Numbered from the whole stretch's first letter, positions 40,580 to 51,180 are shown. The stretch: DNA of 63,402 nucleotides, filler included, from Octopus bimaculoides (GCF_001194135.2; 6 parts of 6 records of this genome joined end to end with filler, not necessarily neighbours in it), one strand, 5' to 3'. Notes: generated from the letters alone by a model not told the origin. Program-made: numbers and translations.

Positions 40580-40624
40580 CGAACGGACCCGGGTTTCAGG
40601 GTTATTTCCCTTCGTCAGCGTCCG
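40580..40624 (-). ncRNA. Type I minimal hammerhead ribozyme (Penelope/retrozyme type)
   Basis: The minus strand reads CGGACG-CTGACGA-AGGG aaataa CCCT-GAAA-C ccgg G-TC/CGTTCG. It has a complete core, a 4-bp stem II, a short stem III with a palindromic CCGG loop, a GUC cleavage triplet and a 6-bp stem I (one G.U). Confidence 0.8.
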
Positions 40625-41218
40625 ATAGCCACTGATCTTAACATTGCTTGTTTTCACCTTTTCGATATCAGTGAAGAATTTCACTGTAAAAGTATATATA
40701 AGATTGCCAAGAATTTATCTCTCTCATCAAAGATCATGATGGGAGGGATAACTTCCCTTGNNNNNNNNNNNNNNNNNNNNNNNNNNNNNNNNNNNNNNNN
40801 NNNNNNNNNNNNNNNNNNNNNNNNNNNNNNNNNNNNNNNNNNNNNNNNNNNNNNNNNNNNNNNNNNNNNNNNNNNNNNNNNNNNNNNNNNNNNNNNNNNN
40901 NNNNNNNNNNNNNNNNNNNNNNNNNNNNNNNNNNNNNNNNNNNNNNNNNNNNNNNNNNNNNNNNNNNNNNNNNNNNNNNNNNNNNNNNNNNNNNNNNNNN
41001 NNNNNNNNNNNNNNNNNNNNNNNNNNNNNNNNNNNNNNNNNNNNNNNNNNNNNNNNNNNNNNNNNNNNNNNNNNNNNNNNNNNNNNNNNNNNNNNNNNNN
41101 NNNNNNNNNNNNNNNNNNNNNNNNNNNNNNNNNNNNNNNNNNNNNNNNNNNNNNNNNNNNNNNNNNNNNNNNNNNNNNNNNNNNNNNNNNNNNNNNNNNN
41201 NNNNNNNNNNNNNNNNNN

Positions 41219-41238
41219 TAGTAGTAGTAGTAGTAGTG

Positions 41239-41288
<50 letters not shown>

Positions 41289-41451
41289 CGTTTTTGCTAG
41301 CAATTCATATTTGTTTACTGCAATTTCTTATAACCAGGAGCAAGGCAACATTTTACATATTTGATGTGAATGTCTTCCTATTGATATTTCGCGTCATTGT
41401 TTCGCTCATTATTTCATTGTTATGACACTGCTGCAAACACTACTACTACTT

Positions 41452-41532
<81 letters not shown>

Positions 41533-41535
41533 ATG

Positions 41536-41611
<76 letters not shown>

Positions 41612-41630
41612 TAACAATAATAATAATAAA
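41219..41630. repeat. (TAG)n, (CTA)n and (AAT)n microsatellite cluster
   Basis: Read directly from the sequence. Confidence 0.95.
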
Positions 41631-42314
41631 TAACTCCAGCGAAAACCTAAAACTGCTACTATCTTTGTTCCTTCTTTGTTCCTTTTAATATTTGTCCGTT
41701 TTAGCATGAAGATATTTTTTCTTGTTTTTAATTTCATTACATTTATTCGCCGTTTTGTTCTCCTTGTTTTTACTCATGGACATTGTGTTCATTTCGCTTC
41801 TTCCGCCTTTCGTGATAAAAACATTTAATGACAGTAATTTCATTTTGTCTATCGCTTGCCAGGGTCTTTGCTTCTATTAACCATTATCAGTTCTGTTGCA
41901 GGAAACATTTGTTACTTTTCAACTGCGTGTTGTATGTCTTCTATTAAATTGAGTCAATAGTTTCGTTTCGTTGATTTATTTTTGTGCTTAATTTTTATTG
42001 TTTTCTTTCCCATTTCCTTGCCTGACATTTTTCCCTTTGTCTTGTGCGTAAATGTGCGACTGTGTGTGTATGTATGTAAGTTTCGATGCGAGCAGGCTTG
42101 CGTACATATATATATATATANNNNNNNNNNNNNNNNNNNNNNNNNNNNNNNNNNNNNNNNNNNNNNNNNNNNNNNNNNNNNNNNNNNNNNNNNNNNNNNN
42201 NNNNNNNNNNNNNNNNNNNNNNNNNNNNNNNNNNNNNNNNNNNNNNNNNNNNNNNNNNNNNNNNNNNNNNNNNNNNNNNNNNNNNNNNNNNNNNNNNNNT
42301 GTGTGTGTGTGTGG

Positions 42315-42353
<39 letters not shown>

Positions 42354-44981
42354 ATTATATTTATCGACGCTCTTGCTTTCATTTGATTTGTCAATTTGTT
42401 TATTTGGGCAGGCATTTTTGCTTAAATATTTTCTCCATCTCTGTCTCTCTGTCTCTCTCCCTGTCTCTTGTCTATGTTTCTATTTATTATATATATATAT
42501 GTCTCTGTGTTCGTGTGCGTGCTTGTTTTATATGTATGTATTTGTGTGTATAAGTATGTATGTATAGTTAATTTTATCATTTTTGTTTTGGCTCCACTTA
42601 ATATTGAATACGTTCTTAAATTTCGTGATGCATTGGAATTACATTGGTGAAAAGTTGCTTGTGTCCTTTTAGGTAATTCGAAATATTCGTTCCTGAAAAG
42701 CTTGGCTAAGCATGTTTCTGTCATGTAATGCATTTCCGTAAGCTGTCCGTTCCTATTATCACACGCGTCTTTGGCATTTATTTCTTCAGATTACTTTTGC
42801 GATAATTACAGCAGGCATCCATTTTCTTTCCCCTCCCATGCCTCTCACTCACCACACCTCTACTTTTATACTCTTTATCAGTATTTATTTTTTTGTTGAC
42901 TATCTCTTCCATTTTGTTATTGATGTTTTTGGGAGTAGGAAAATTACTGTGGCCAGTGTTGTTTTCCAGTATCTGAATTGTATCACGCTGAAAATGCATT
43001 TGCTAATGTCACTGCTCACAGAACGATAAACATTATCTAACGTTATATTTACAGTACAGAATTAATTGTATCTGTGTTTTATTGTTTTTCGTTGTTTTTT
43101 TTTCTTACTGTTCTTTTGTAGATCAAGTTTAGTTGCAATAGAACTGTTCTAATGTACACAAGGAGTCTATAGACTGACTTGTTACTTCCAACACAATATT
43201 TCTCATTGATACACCGTACAATTGTCAATAAATGTACGAAGAGAAACTTATTTGCTGTTAGCGGAAAAGTGGTGAGGTGTGAAATTTCTATTTCAGATAT
43301 TTCTCCTTCTTTATAGAAAAGATTTTAAAGCGACACATAGTTCAGAATTAGAACGGTGAATATATTTATCCCATTTTGAGGAAGGAAGGGCAATGTTAAA
43401 AAAGTCTTTGCTTTAGAGATATTGACACTGGTTGGATGGAAATAATCTCCCGAGGAATTGCAACACTGACGACTCTGCAAGATGTGACGGTGAAATGTCA
43501 GAGGCTAATGCTGGACCAAGCGTGAGAGTGAATCCACAGCATATATAAATCATGGTAGATTTTTATCACAAACTTCAAAAAGATGAAGTAGATATCGAGG
43601 GCTTCCGCATCCTCGTCACCCAAGACTGATACATGTTTTCGCTCCGAAAAGAACGGAATATCATGGTAACATCCGGCAGGATATGAACACAACACTTTCA
43701 AAATACTGCGGGGTAGTTTACTTGAAATTGTAAAGATTTTCATAATTTGCAAATTTCCTTTAGATATCTGAGGAAGGCAGATGCTGAAACATGGAGAATC
43801 ATCACGCATACTTTGGTACAAGGGTAGACATCAATGATAATGGTCGATTCAAGACACCCAACGTGTGATTGCCCTTTGCTATGTTTTAATTCGAAAGTTT
43901 GTTGGTACAAAATTTAAATCTGTGGAATGAAGTAACAGCAAATGTATCTTGCAAAACAAGTACAAAAACAAAGGTAAAATGCTACAAGGCTCGGTAATGG
44001 AACCTATGTCGTAAATACCCTGCGCATACCACAAAATATAAGACCATAGTTTCGTTTTTATACTAATACCTTGCTGAACAAGTTTTGGATCCAACAGAAA
44101 TCAGGTTGGTATTACAACGGCTTCGATGTATTGTTGATATATTAAAGGTACAAAATAAAATAATTAATGTTATTCTTGCTGACACAGTGTGAATAAATAA
44201 AGCATTGTAGAGTAAGACAATAGAGACATATATTTTCTTATTGTTAGTAATTTTGCTGACTACGAAGGAGAAATCATTATTATTTTACTTTTTCTCTTTC
44301 TCCACCTAATTATTATCATCGCCAACTTATAATAGGTGAAGTATATCATATATGTTTATTTATCATATATATGTATATACTTATTGTGTTTTCGTTCTAG
44401 GTCTTTGTTGGCACAGAATACTTTTCAAGAAAATGGCTGGTGAATGAGTTCAGATATATTTGTGATTTTCTTTGTGAAGATAAGCGAAAATACACTTAAT
44501 ATTTCAAACCAGTGTGTCTGGTAAATGACACAAAACCTACAAATCTCTCAGCTTTTAAATATACAAGTAAGTGCACACATATAATCGCACACAAGCATCT
44601 ACAGATACATCGACACACACAGTAACATATATATTATAAGAGAACGTGTATCAGTGGCTATATGTGCGCGCGCGCGCGCGCGTGTGTGTGTGTGTGAGTA
44701 TGAGTTTGTGTCATAATATAAGAACATTGTTATATTATATTTTTGTTACATAATGATAAACGTATCTGATATATACTTAAAATTCCGAGTAAAATGGATA
44801 TAAATGTGTATTATATGAAAATTTGGCCATCAAATGTGTCGCTCTAGGCTGGGCTATTAAGTATCCACTAAACCAGCTCGAGGTTAAACTAATTAAATTT
44901 TCATATTTTGATATACGCGCACATATACATACACATATGCATACATACGTGTATACATACATACATATATACATACACACA

Positions 44982-45045
<64 letters not shown>

Positions 45046-45046
<1 letters not shown>

Positions 45047-45090
45047 CTTTCTTTTATTAGCCACACAGGGCTGCACACAGAGGGGACAAA
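45046..45090 (-). repeat. 3'-tail-like repeat shared with 60095-60140 (tttgtcccctctgtgt..agccctgtgtggctaataaa)
   Basis: Two copies in opposite orientation, each ending in AATAAA followed by (TATC)n. The class is not established. Confidence 0.55.
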
Positions 45091-45190
45091 NNNNNNNNNN
45101 NNNNNNNNNNNNNNNNNNNNNNNNNNNNNNNNNNTTAATTAATTAANNNNNNNNNNNNNNNNNNNNNNNNNNNNNNNNNNNNNNNNNNNN
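45091..45190. other. Scaffolding gap with synthetic six-frame-stop linker (also 15664-15763, 35748-35847, 52446-52545, 59808-59907)
   Basis: Each is exactly 44 N + TTAATTAATTAA + 44 N. Confidence 0.95.
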
Positions 45191-45660
45191 AGAATCTGGC
45201 ATTCTGTAGCTGCCATAACGAAGAAACGGTGCACCAAATCCTGACAGACGTACAGTCCAGCGCTTGTCAACCAAGCAGTTTGAAGATTTGAGACGTCCAT
45301 GGGTCTTGATTTCAGATTTGTCGTGCAAAAATTCCATTCCGCAACATATGTCTTTTAAAAATGAAAATCCAAATGCCCATCCAATCTCAAAAGTTTCGTT
45401 GGCAAGTACATCCGCTATACTTCCCTTCTCAGCAATTTCCACGAACAAGCTGACGTTAGGATAAGTCAAACAGCATCCACCATATTGGATCAGATTACAA
45501 TGTCTAGTTTTCGTTAACTTGACCATGTCTGAAATAATCCTTTTATCATCAGGAGGAATTGTCCTACTATTAATCTTTTTCACATACCAGTCCTGATCGT
45601 ACCATCTATAAACTGCAACTTTTTTGCTAATAATACCTGTGTACCCCCCTGCCGTAACTA
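45191..45660 (-). other. Kinase-homology (pseudokinase) domain of receptor-GC type, incomplete
   Basis: WYVKK (VAIK lysine), RHCNLIQYGGCC, EIAEKGSIADVL, FSFLKDICCGMEFLH, HGRLKSSN (HRD replaced) and SGFG (DFG replaced). Confidence 0.85.
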
Positions 45661-48600
45661 ATCCCTCGGGTTTAGTTACTGTATCCCAGTCAATTATCCA
45701 TTGCTGAAACCTCACTCGCTTCGTCTTTCTGCCCAAAACTGTCACCAGGAAATAAGAAAAACACATCAGAAGAGTCAATCCTACACAGAGAGGTATTATG
45801 ATGCTCATAATATGAACGTCGCAAAACATTCCAATGTATAATATAGTAGTGCATTCACAAAGATTTGGTTTTTTGCATACACCAAAACGACATTTGTAGC
45901 ATATTGGTTGTTCACAAGTAACACCTTTATAGCCAGCATTACACACGCAAGTACCGTCAACCTTGCACACACCATGATTACATTGACATACAATTGTGTG
46001 ACAATACCTCCCAGCGAATCCGTCAAAGCATTCGCATTTGTTACCAGGACGACATATTCCTCGATCGAAAACATTAATATTGCCAGGGTCTTTTAATTTC
46101 TTACCACAGGCATAAAGGCAAGAATATGGTGGAACTATACTCTCTGTCCGCATATAAAGGATTGGTGGCCAATCTTCACCCTTTTTTGGCATCATTTTTT
46201 GTGTGTTGAGACCAACCATCCCTGATAAAGATATGTATCTTCGAGTGTTATGTGTCTTACCGATAGGAAATGCTACCAGTGCCGCAGTTTTATTGTGTGG
46301 AAGTATTTTCGATTCGTAAGGTATTTCTAATTGAATACCATCTTCCGATCTTTTAATACACTTTACGTAAGTTATAACTTTAGATTTCGGCAAATATGGC
46401 CAACGTGGGATTGGGTTAACTTGGGCCAGATAACCGAAATAACCAATCCTATCACCGTATGCATTTAAAGCTACTTTATCTGTTAGCCCATCTAGAGTTG
46501 TCTTACGCAAGAACCAGTTAACCTTCGCACCGCTAAATGTTAGTCGTTTATTGACAAGAATGGATAACGTTTTAGCATAAAGGTGCACGGCATCATAACC
46601 CAGTCCCATTAACGCTCCTATGTCAAAGGACCTATAACGAACTCTTCCACCTTTGTAAAGTACACGGTCTTCTTTAAAATAATAATTAAGAACTCGTTTC
46701 CAACTATCTGTTTGGTAACCTGATACATTGTAGGTCGAATCAAAGAGGTAGGTTCCAGTAAAAGCTAATGTGCATTCTAATTTTTTGTTACAAACCGAAT
46801 GGTTCTCAAATGGAAACTCGCGCGCGTATTTTTTCATTAAAACCCATTGGAATCCATGCAGAGAAGAAAGGTTCAAAAGATAGGCTTCTCGAAAGACGAT
46901 TGGCTGTATATGGAATGGGGCAAACAGAAAGATTACTTTCAGGTTACTCTTTTTCACTGGCCCCAAATCATTACTCAGCATACCATCTTGCAAATACTTG
47001 GGCTTCAAATTTTTCATTTCTTTCAGAATGATGTGATTTTGTATATTGATGTTGTATTTGATAGCCGTAGAATAGAATGAATTACTAAGTTCAATAGTCG
47101 AATATCGAATGATTACAATATCAGTCCAAAATCTTTCTTTGGCTGATTGAAACACGGAATTATAAAATTCCTCTTCAGTCCAAGTTAAACTGTTATAAAA
47201 TGGGTATGAATTTTTATCAGAGAATCCTCTGGAAGAGTCGATTGTCGAAATAAGTGGTATCATAAACTTCACTAAAAATGGACTAAAAACTTTAGCAACA
47301 TTTCCTGGAACAGAACTTATAACCAAACCAATATTACTTAAAATATTTTTTAAATCCCCAAGTTTTCTATAGGTTGCAGATTTTTCATTTGGAATATTGT
47401 ACGACTTTAATAGGAATTGTATTCCCTTTTTTTTTAACTCTGGAACAATAATACCATTGTTAACATCATTGATAGCGAATTGGATAAAAGAATTGATATG
47501 TGAGTCAATTTCTCTTCCAGCACCACTAAATCGAAGATCACCAAAATGTCCAATAGTGATGTTTCCTGTTATACGAAAAACCGGACTTGTGAAAGAAACA
47601 TGTTTCTTACCAGCGGGATATATTATTAGTTTGACGGAGTTGACCACTTCACATATAGATACTAATAAGTGGAATTTTCCTTCTGACATTACCCTGGTGT
47701 TTTCTTTTGTCAAACATATATTGGTTGGAACTGTATCAATAGATATGCGTGATTTGGAGTCAGGACCCGAAAAAATCCGACGTTCTGAGATATCCAGTGC
47801 TATCATACCCAGGCCGTTAAGTAAATGAGAACTAATAGGCACTTCTACAACATTTGTTACCTTATTTTTAAGTTCAGAATATAAACGTTTTGTTTTGCTG
47901 TCCATAATAATTTTATCTATATTTTGATGCAGTACCGAGAATTTCTTCGTGAAGACAACCGGTAGAATCTTTTCCTCTTCTTCTGATGTTAATCGTTGGA
48001 AAGTAATAAACTTTCTGTCACTGGACAACTGTCTTGCATGTTCGATGTCAAGGAAACATTCTGAACAAGCAGGAATTCTGCTCCATGGATCTCTTGCCAT
48101 GGTTAAAGTAATATTTAGTTGCAAATTTTCTGTAACGTCTAAAATTCGAATATCAGTAAATTTTGCCTTACCATCATTTGCTTGNNNNNNNNNNNNNNNN
48201 NNNNNNNNNNNNNNNNNNNNNNNNNNNNNNNNNNNNNNNNNNNNNNNNNNNNNNNNNNNNNNNNNNNNNNNNNNNNNNNNNNNNNNNNNNNNNNNNNNNN
48301 NNNNNNNNNNNNNNNNNNNNNNNNNNNNNNNNNNNNNNNNNNNNNNNNNNNNNNNNNNNNNNNNNNNNNNNNNNNNNNNNNNNNNNNNNNNNNNNNNNNN
48401 NATTACTAACCGGTGTGCAGGTTTTGTGACAGATATTGGTTTAGTGTCGATGAATATTTCATAATCTGGTATTTCGATCCTGAACAGTCGCATGGATGGA
48501 GGTACTATGGTATGTTCATGGTAAATCCAATCAAATATGAGTCTTCCATTAAAAATTTGTGATTCCATTAGAATGGAAGAATGCGGTGTATGACAACGAG

Positions 48601-48967
48601 TTTTTGCAAGATGTCTGTTATATCGCTCCGGATAATTCAACCACCATGCTGATTTCTGACACAATTTCCCGCCACTGTCTGCCCAGGTATCTTTCTTATT
48701 AATCTCACCAGATGGCAAAACAGCATAGCTGTCTATTGTAGCTGTCGTATTGAATTCTCCCTCTGCTAAAAAAGGTGTCCCGTTTGAATAATAGACAGAT
48801 ACAATAATAGGCTTGCTGATCATTTGATTGAGTGGCACTGAATAGTATAACTTTGCAGGATCATCGGGTATAATTGCAGGAGGATGGTAAAATTTTACAA
48901 ATTCTAAATGCAATTCTCCAGTCACAAACATCCAAGTGGAGATAAGAATGAGGCATGCAATTGTCAT
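45191..48967 (-). CDS. Receptor guanylyl cyclase-like / natriuretic-peptide-receptor-like single-pass membrane protein, 3'-truncated by an assembly gap
   Basis: ORF of about 1259 codons without stops, including a 217-N internal gap that keeps frame. Hydrophobic N-terminus MTIACLILISTWMFVTG with an in-frame TGA just upstream of the ATG. ANF-receptor-like segment from ITIGHFG...AINDVN, IPLIST...FSDKNSYPFY to GLTDKVALNAYGDRIG. Three EGF-like Cys repeats, TM helix IMSIIIPLCVGLTLLMCFSYFLVTVLG, then HGRLKSSNCLVDKRWTVRLSGFG, typical of the kinase-homology domain of receptor GCs. No cyclase domain is visible. Confidence 0.88.
45818..46122 (-). other. Three EGF-like repeats between the flytrap domain and the membrane
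   Basis: CLYAC...RGICRPGNKCECFDGFAGRYC; CQCNHGVCKVDGTCVCNAGYKGVTC; CYKCRFGVCKKPNLCECTTILYIGMFC. Confidence 0.85.
46418..47563 (-). other. ANF_receptor / type I periplasmic-binding (Venus flytrap) ligand-binding domain
   Basis: The motif order matches the ANF-receptor family: IG-rich first strand, AINDVN helix, IPLIS, SDK..YP, W.D.VII, D.V...A..L and G.T..V.....GDR. Confidence 0.8.
47564..48916 (-). other. Three tandem Ig/Big-like beta-sandwich repeats at the N-terminus of the receptor
   Basis: Each unit has a G-x-x-x-F-like motif (FNGRLIF, NDGKAKF, SEGKFHL) and ends in T/S-x-x-F/I-x-V/I (DTKPISVT, FTKKFSVL, TSPVFRIT). The distance from unit start to the Gly is about 85 aa in unit 2 (using the gap length) and 83 aa in unit 3. 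The fold assignment is an inference. Confidence 0.5.
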
Positions 48968-49076
48968 AGTTCATCGGATATTTCATGAAGAAAATGCGTT
49001 TGAATAATCATTTGTCGTTTGAAAGCATTGCACTTTTTCGATTTGAATATGAGAAACTAAATGCTAACCAGAGCGC

Positions 49077-49112
49077 CTGTGCAATTAAACAAAGAAATCT
49101 AATAAAAAAAAA
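49077..49112 (-). promoter_or_regulatory. Candidate splice acceptor 109 nt upstream of the receptor ATG
   Basis: The minus strand reads ttttttttattagatttctttgtttaattgcacag|gcgct, a T-rich tract ending in CAG|G. This implies an upstream non-coding exon. Confidence 0.4.
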
Positions 49113-49413
49113 TCTATCAACGTCTTTCTAAAACGCAACTTCATATGTTATACACTGACTTTTGATCTGATAATAAGCGTTTTTTTTTATTTTCTTTTTT
49201 TCATAATTTGAATTCCATATAAGATTGTTTCAGAGTAGCGTCTCTGATAAAAGAAAAATTTAAGAAAGCATCTTCGTGAATATGTATCACATCTGCATGC
49301 ACAAAATAGATGCACACACGCGCATGCTTTTGTGTATGTGTGTGTGTATTTGTGTGTGAGTGTGTGTCTGTGTGAATGTCTGTGTGTGTTCTCGCTATCT
49401 ATCTGTCTATCTG

Positions 49414-49453
<40 letters not shown>

Positions 49454-49866
49454 GCTATCTATCTCTCTCTCTCTCTCTCTTCGTATATATATNNNNNNNN
49501 NNNNNNNNNNNNNNNNNNNNNNNNNNNNNNNNNNNNNNNNNNNNNNNNNNNNNNNNNNNNNNNNNNNNNNNNNNNNNNNNNNNNNNNNNNNNNNNNNNNN
49601 NNNNNNNNNNNNNNNNNNNNNNNNNNNNNNNNNNNNNNNNNNNNNNNNNNNNNNNNNNNNNNNNNNNNNNNNNNNNNNNNNNNNNNNNNNNNNNNNNNNN
49701 NNNNNNNNNNNNNNNNNNNNNNNNNNNNNNNNNNNNNNNNNNNNNNNNNNNNNNNNNNNNNNNNNNNNNNNNNNNNNNNNNNNNNNNNNNNNNNNNNNNN
49801 NNNNNNNNNNNNNNNNNNNNNNNNNNNNNNNNNNNNNNNNNNNNNNNNNNNNNNNNNNNNNNNNNN

Positions 49867-50172
49867 CGTGCAAGTGGCTGAGCACTCCACAGACACGTTT
49901 ACCCTTAACGTAGTTCTCGGGGATATTCAGCGTGACACAGTGTGACAGGGCTGACCTTTTGAATTACAGGCACAACAGAAACAGGAAGAAAGAGTGAGAG
50001 AAAGTTGTGGTGAAAGAGTACAGCAGGGTTCGCCACCATCCCCTGCCGGTGCCTCGTGGAACGTTTAGGTGTTTTCGCTCAATAAACACTCACAAGGCCC
50101 TGTCTGGGAATCGAAACCGCGATCCTATGACCGCGAGTCCGCTGCCCTAACCACTGGGCCATTGCGCCTCCA
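49867..50172 (-). mobile_element. Young tRNA-derived SINE (31887 family), 3' end lost in a gap
   Basis: Near-identical reverse complement of the first 300 nt of the 50790 and 31887 copies. Confidence 0.9.
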
Positions 50173-50387
50173 GAAAGCATCCTAAAGATTATAGAAAACA
50201 GCAAATAGCTAGACAGTGAGACACAGAGAATCTGCGAACGCTCAGCTACGCAACTGGAGTGAAAAAGGGAGAGAAAGAAAGGAAAGCTGTCCCTGGGTCA
50301 GGTGTCAGCAGCAGGCAGGGGAAAAAGAGGGTTAGAAAGAGAGAGAGCGACAGAGAGAAAACAGGGGACGGAATATACACACACACT

Positions 50388-50428
<41 letters not shown>

Positions 50429-50789
50429 GCGCACACATACGCACACTCGAGCGCGCATGTACACACACAACTATATTTTTTCGTGGTCAAGCACCACATA
50501 GATCTAGTTAAATTCATTCACAGAATTTGCATTTTTTAAAAGGAAGTAAAAATCTGAAATTCGGTTATAATGAAGCAGTTTTCCACTCTTATTCCTGTGA
50601 AGTGGAAAAAAAATTGACGAAAACGTTACAGACGTTTAAAAATGGGGAAAAAATGTGTTTTTAGCGAATAGTGAGACAAAAATTTTCTGCATTGTAGTGG
50701 TGTCAACTTAGCGGTGTCAACTTTAAAATTGTCCCCTGTGAAAATTATAGTTTAGCGTCTGTGAAATGACATGTTACCTAATAATGTAT

Positions 50790-51180
50790 GTGGAGGCGCA
50801 ATGGCCCGGTGGTTAGGGCAGCGGACTCGCGGTCATAGGATCGCGGTTTCGATTCCCAGACCGGGCGTTGTGAGTATTTACTGAGCGAAAACACCTAAAG
50901 CTCCACGAGGCTCCGGCAGGGGATGGTGGCGAACCCTGCTGTACTCTTCCTCCACAACTTTCTCTCACTCTTACTTCCTGTTTCTGTTGTGCCTGTAATT
51001 CAAAGGGCCAGCCTTGTCACACTGTGTCACGCTGAATATCCCCGAGAACTACGTTAAGGGTACACGTGTCTGTGGAGTGCTCAGCCACTTGCACGTTAAA
51101 TTCACAAGCAGGCTGTTCCGTTGATCGTATCAACTGGAACCCTCGACGTCGTAAGTGACGGAGTGCCAACACCAACAACA
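50790..51180 (+). mobile_element. Young full-length tRNA-derived SINE (31887 family)
   Basis: A and B boxes, CAA tail, near-TSD acctaataatgt / acctaatattgt. Confidence 0.9.

Noticed and set aside
42600-42981. Possible terminal exon on the minus strand (RDTIQILENNTGHSNF...)
   Set aside because: The acceptor is plausible but the peptide has no recognisable similarity, and nothing ties it to the receptor.
44401-44566. Plus-strand segment with good acceptor and donor
   Set aside because: It has stops in all three frames; a non-coding exon cannot be supported without RNA data.
45191-48967. Venus kinase receptor or class C GPCR as the identity of the main gene
   Set aside because: There is only one TM helix, and the kinase-like domain has the HGRLKSSN signature of receptor GCs, not the HRDLAARN of tyrosine kinases.
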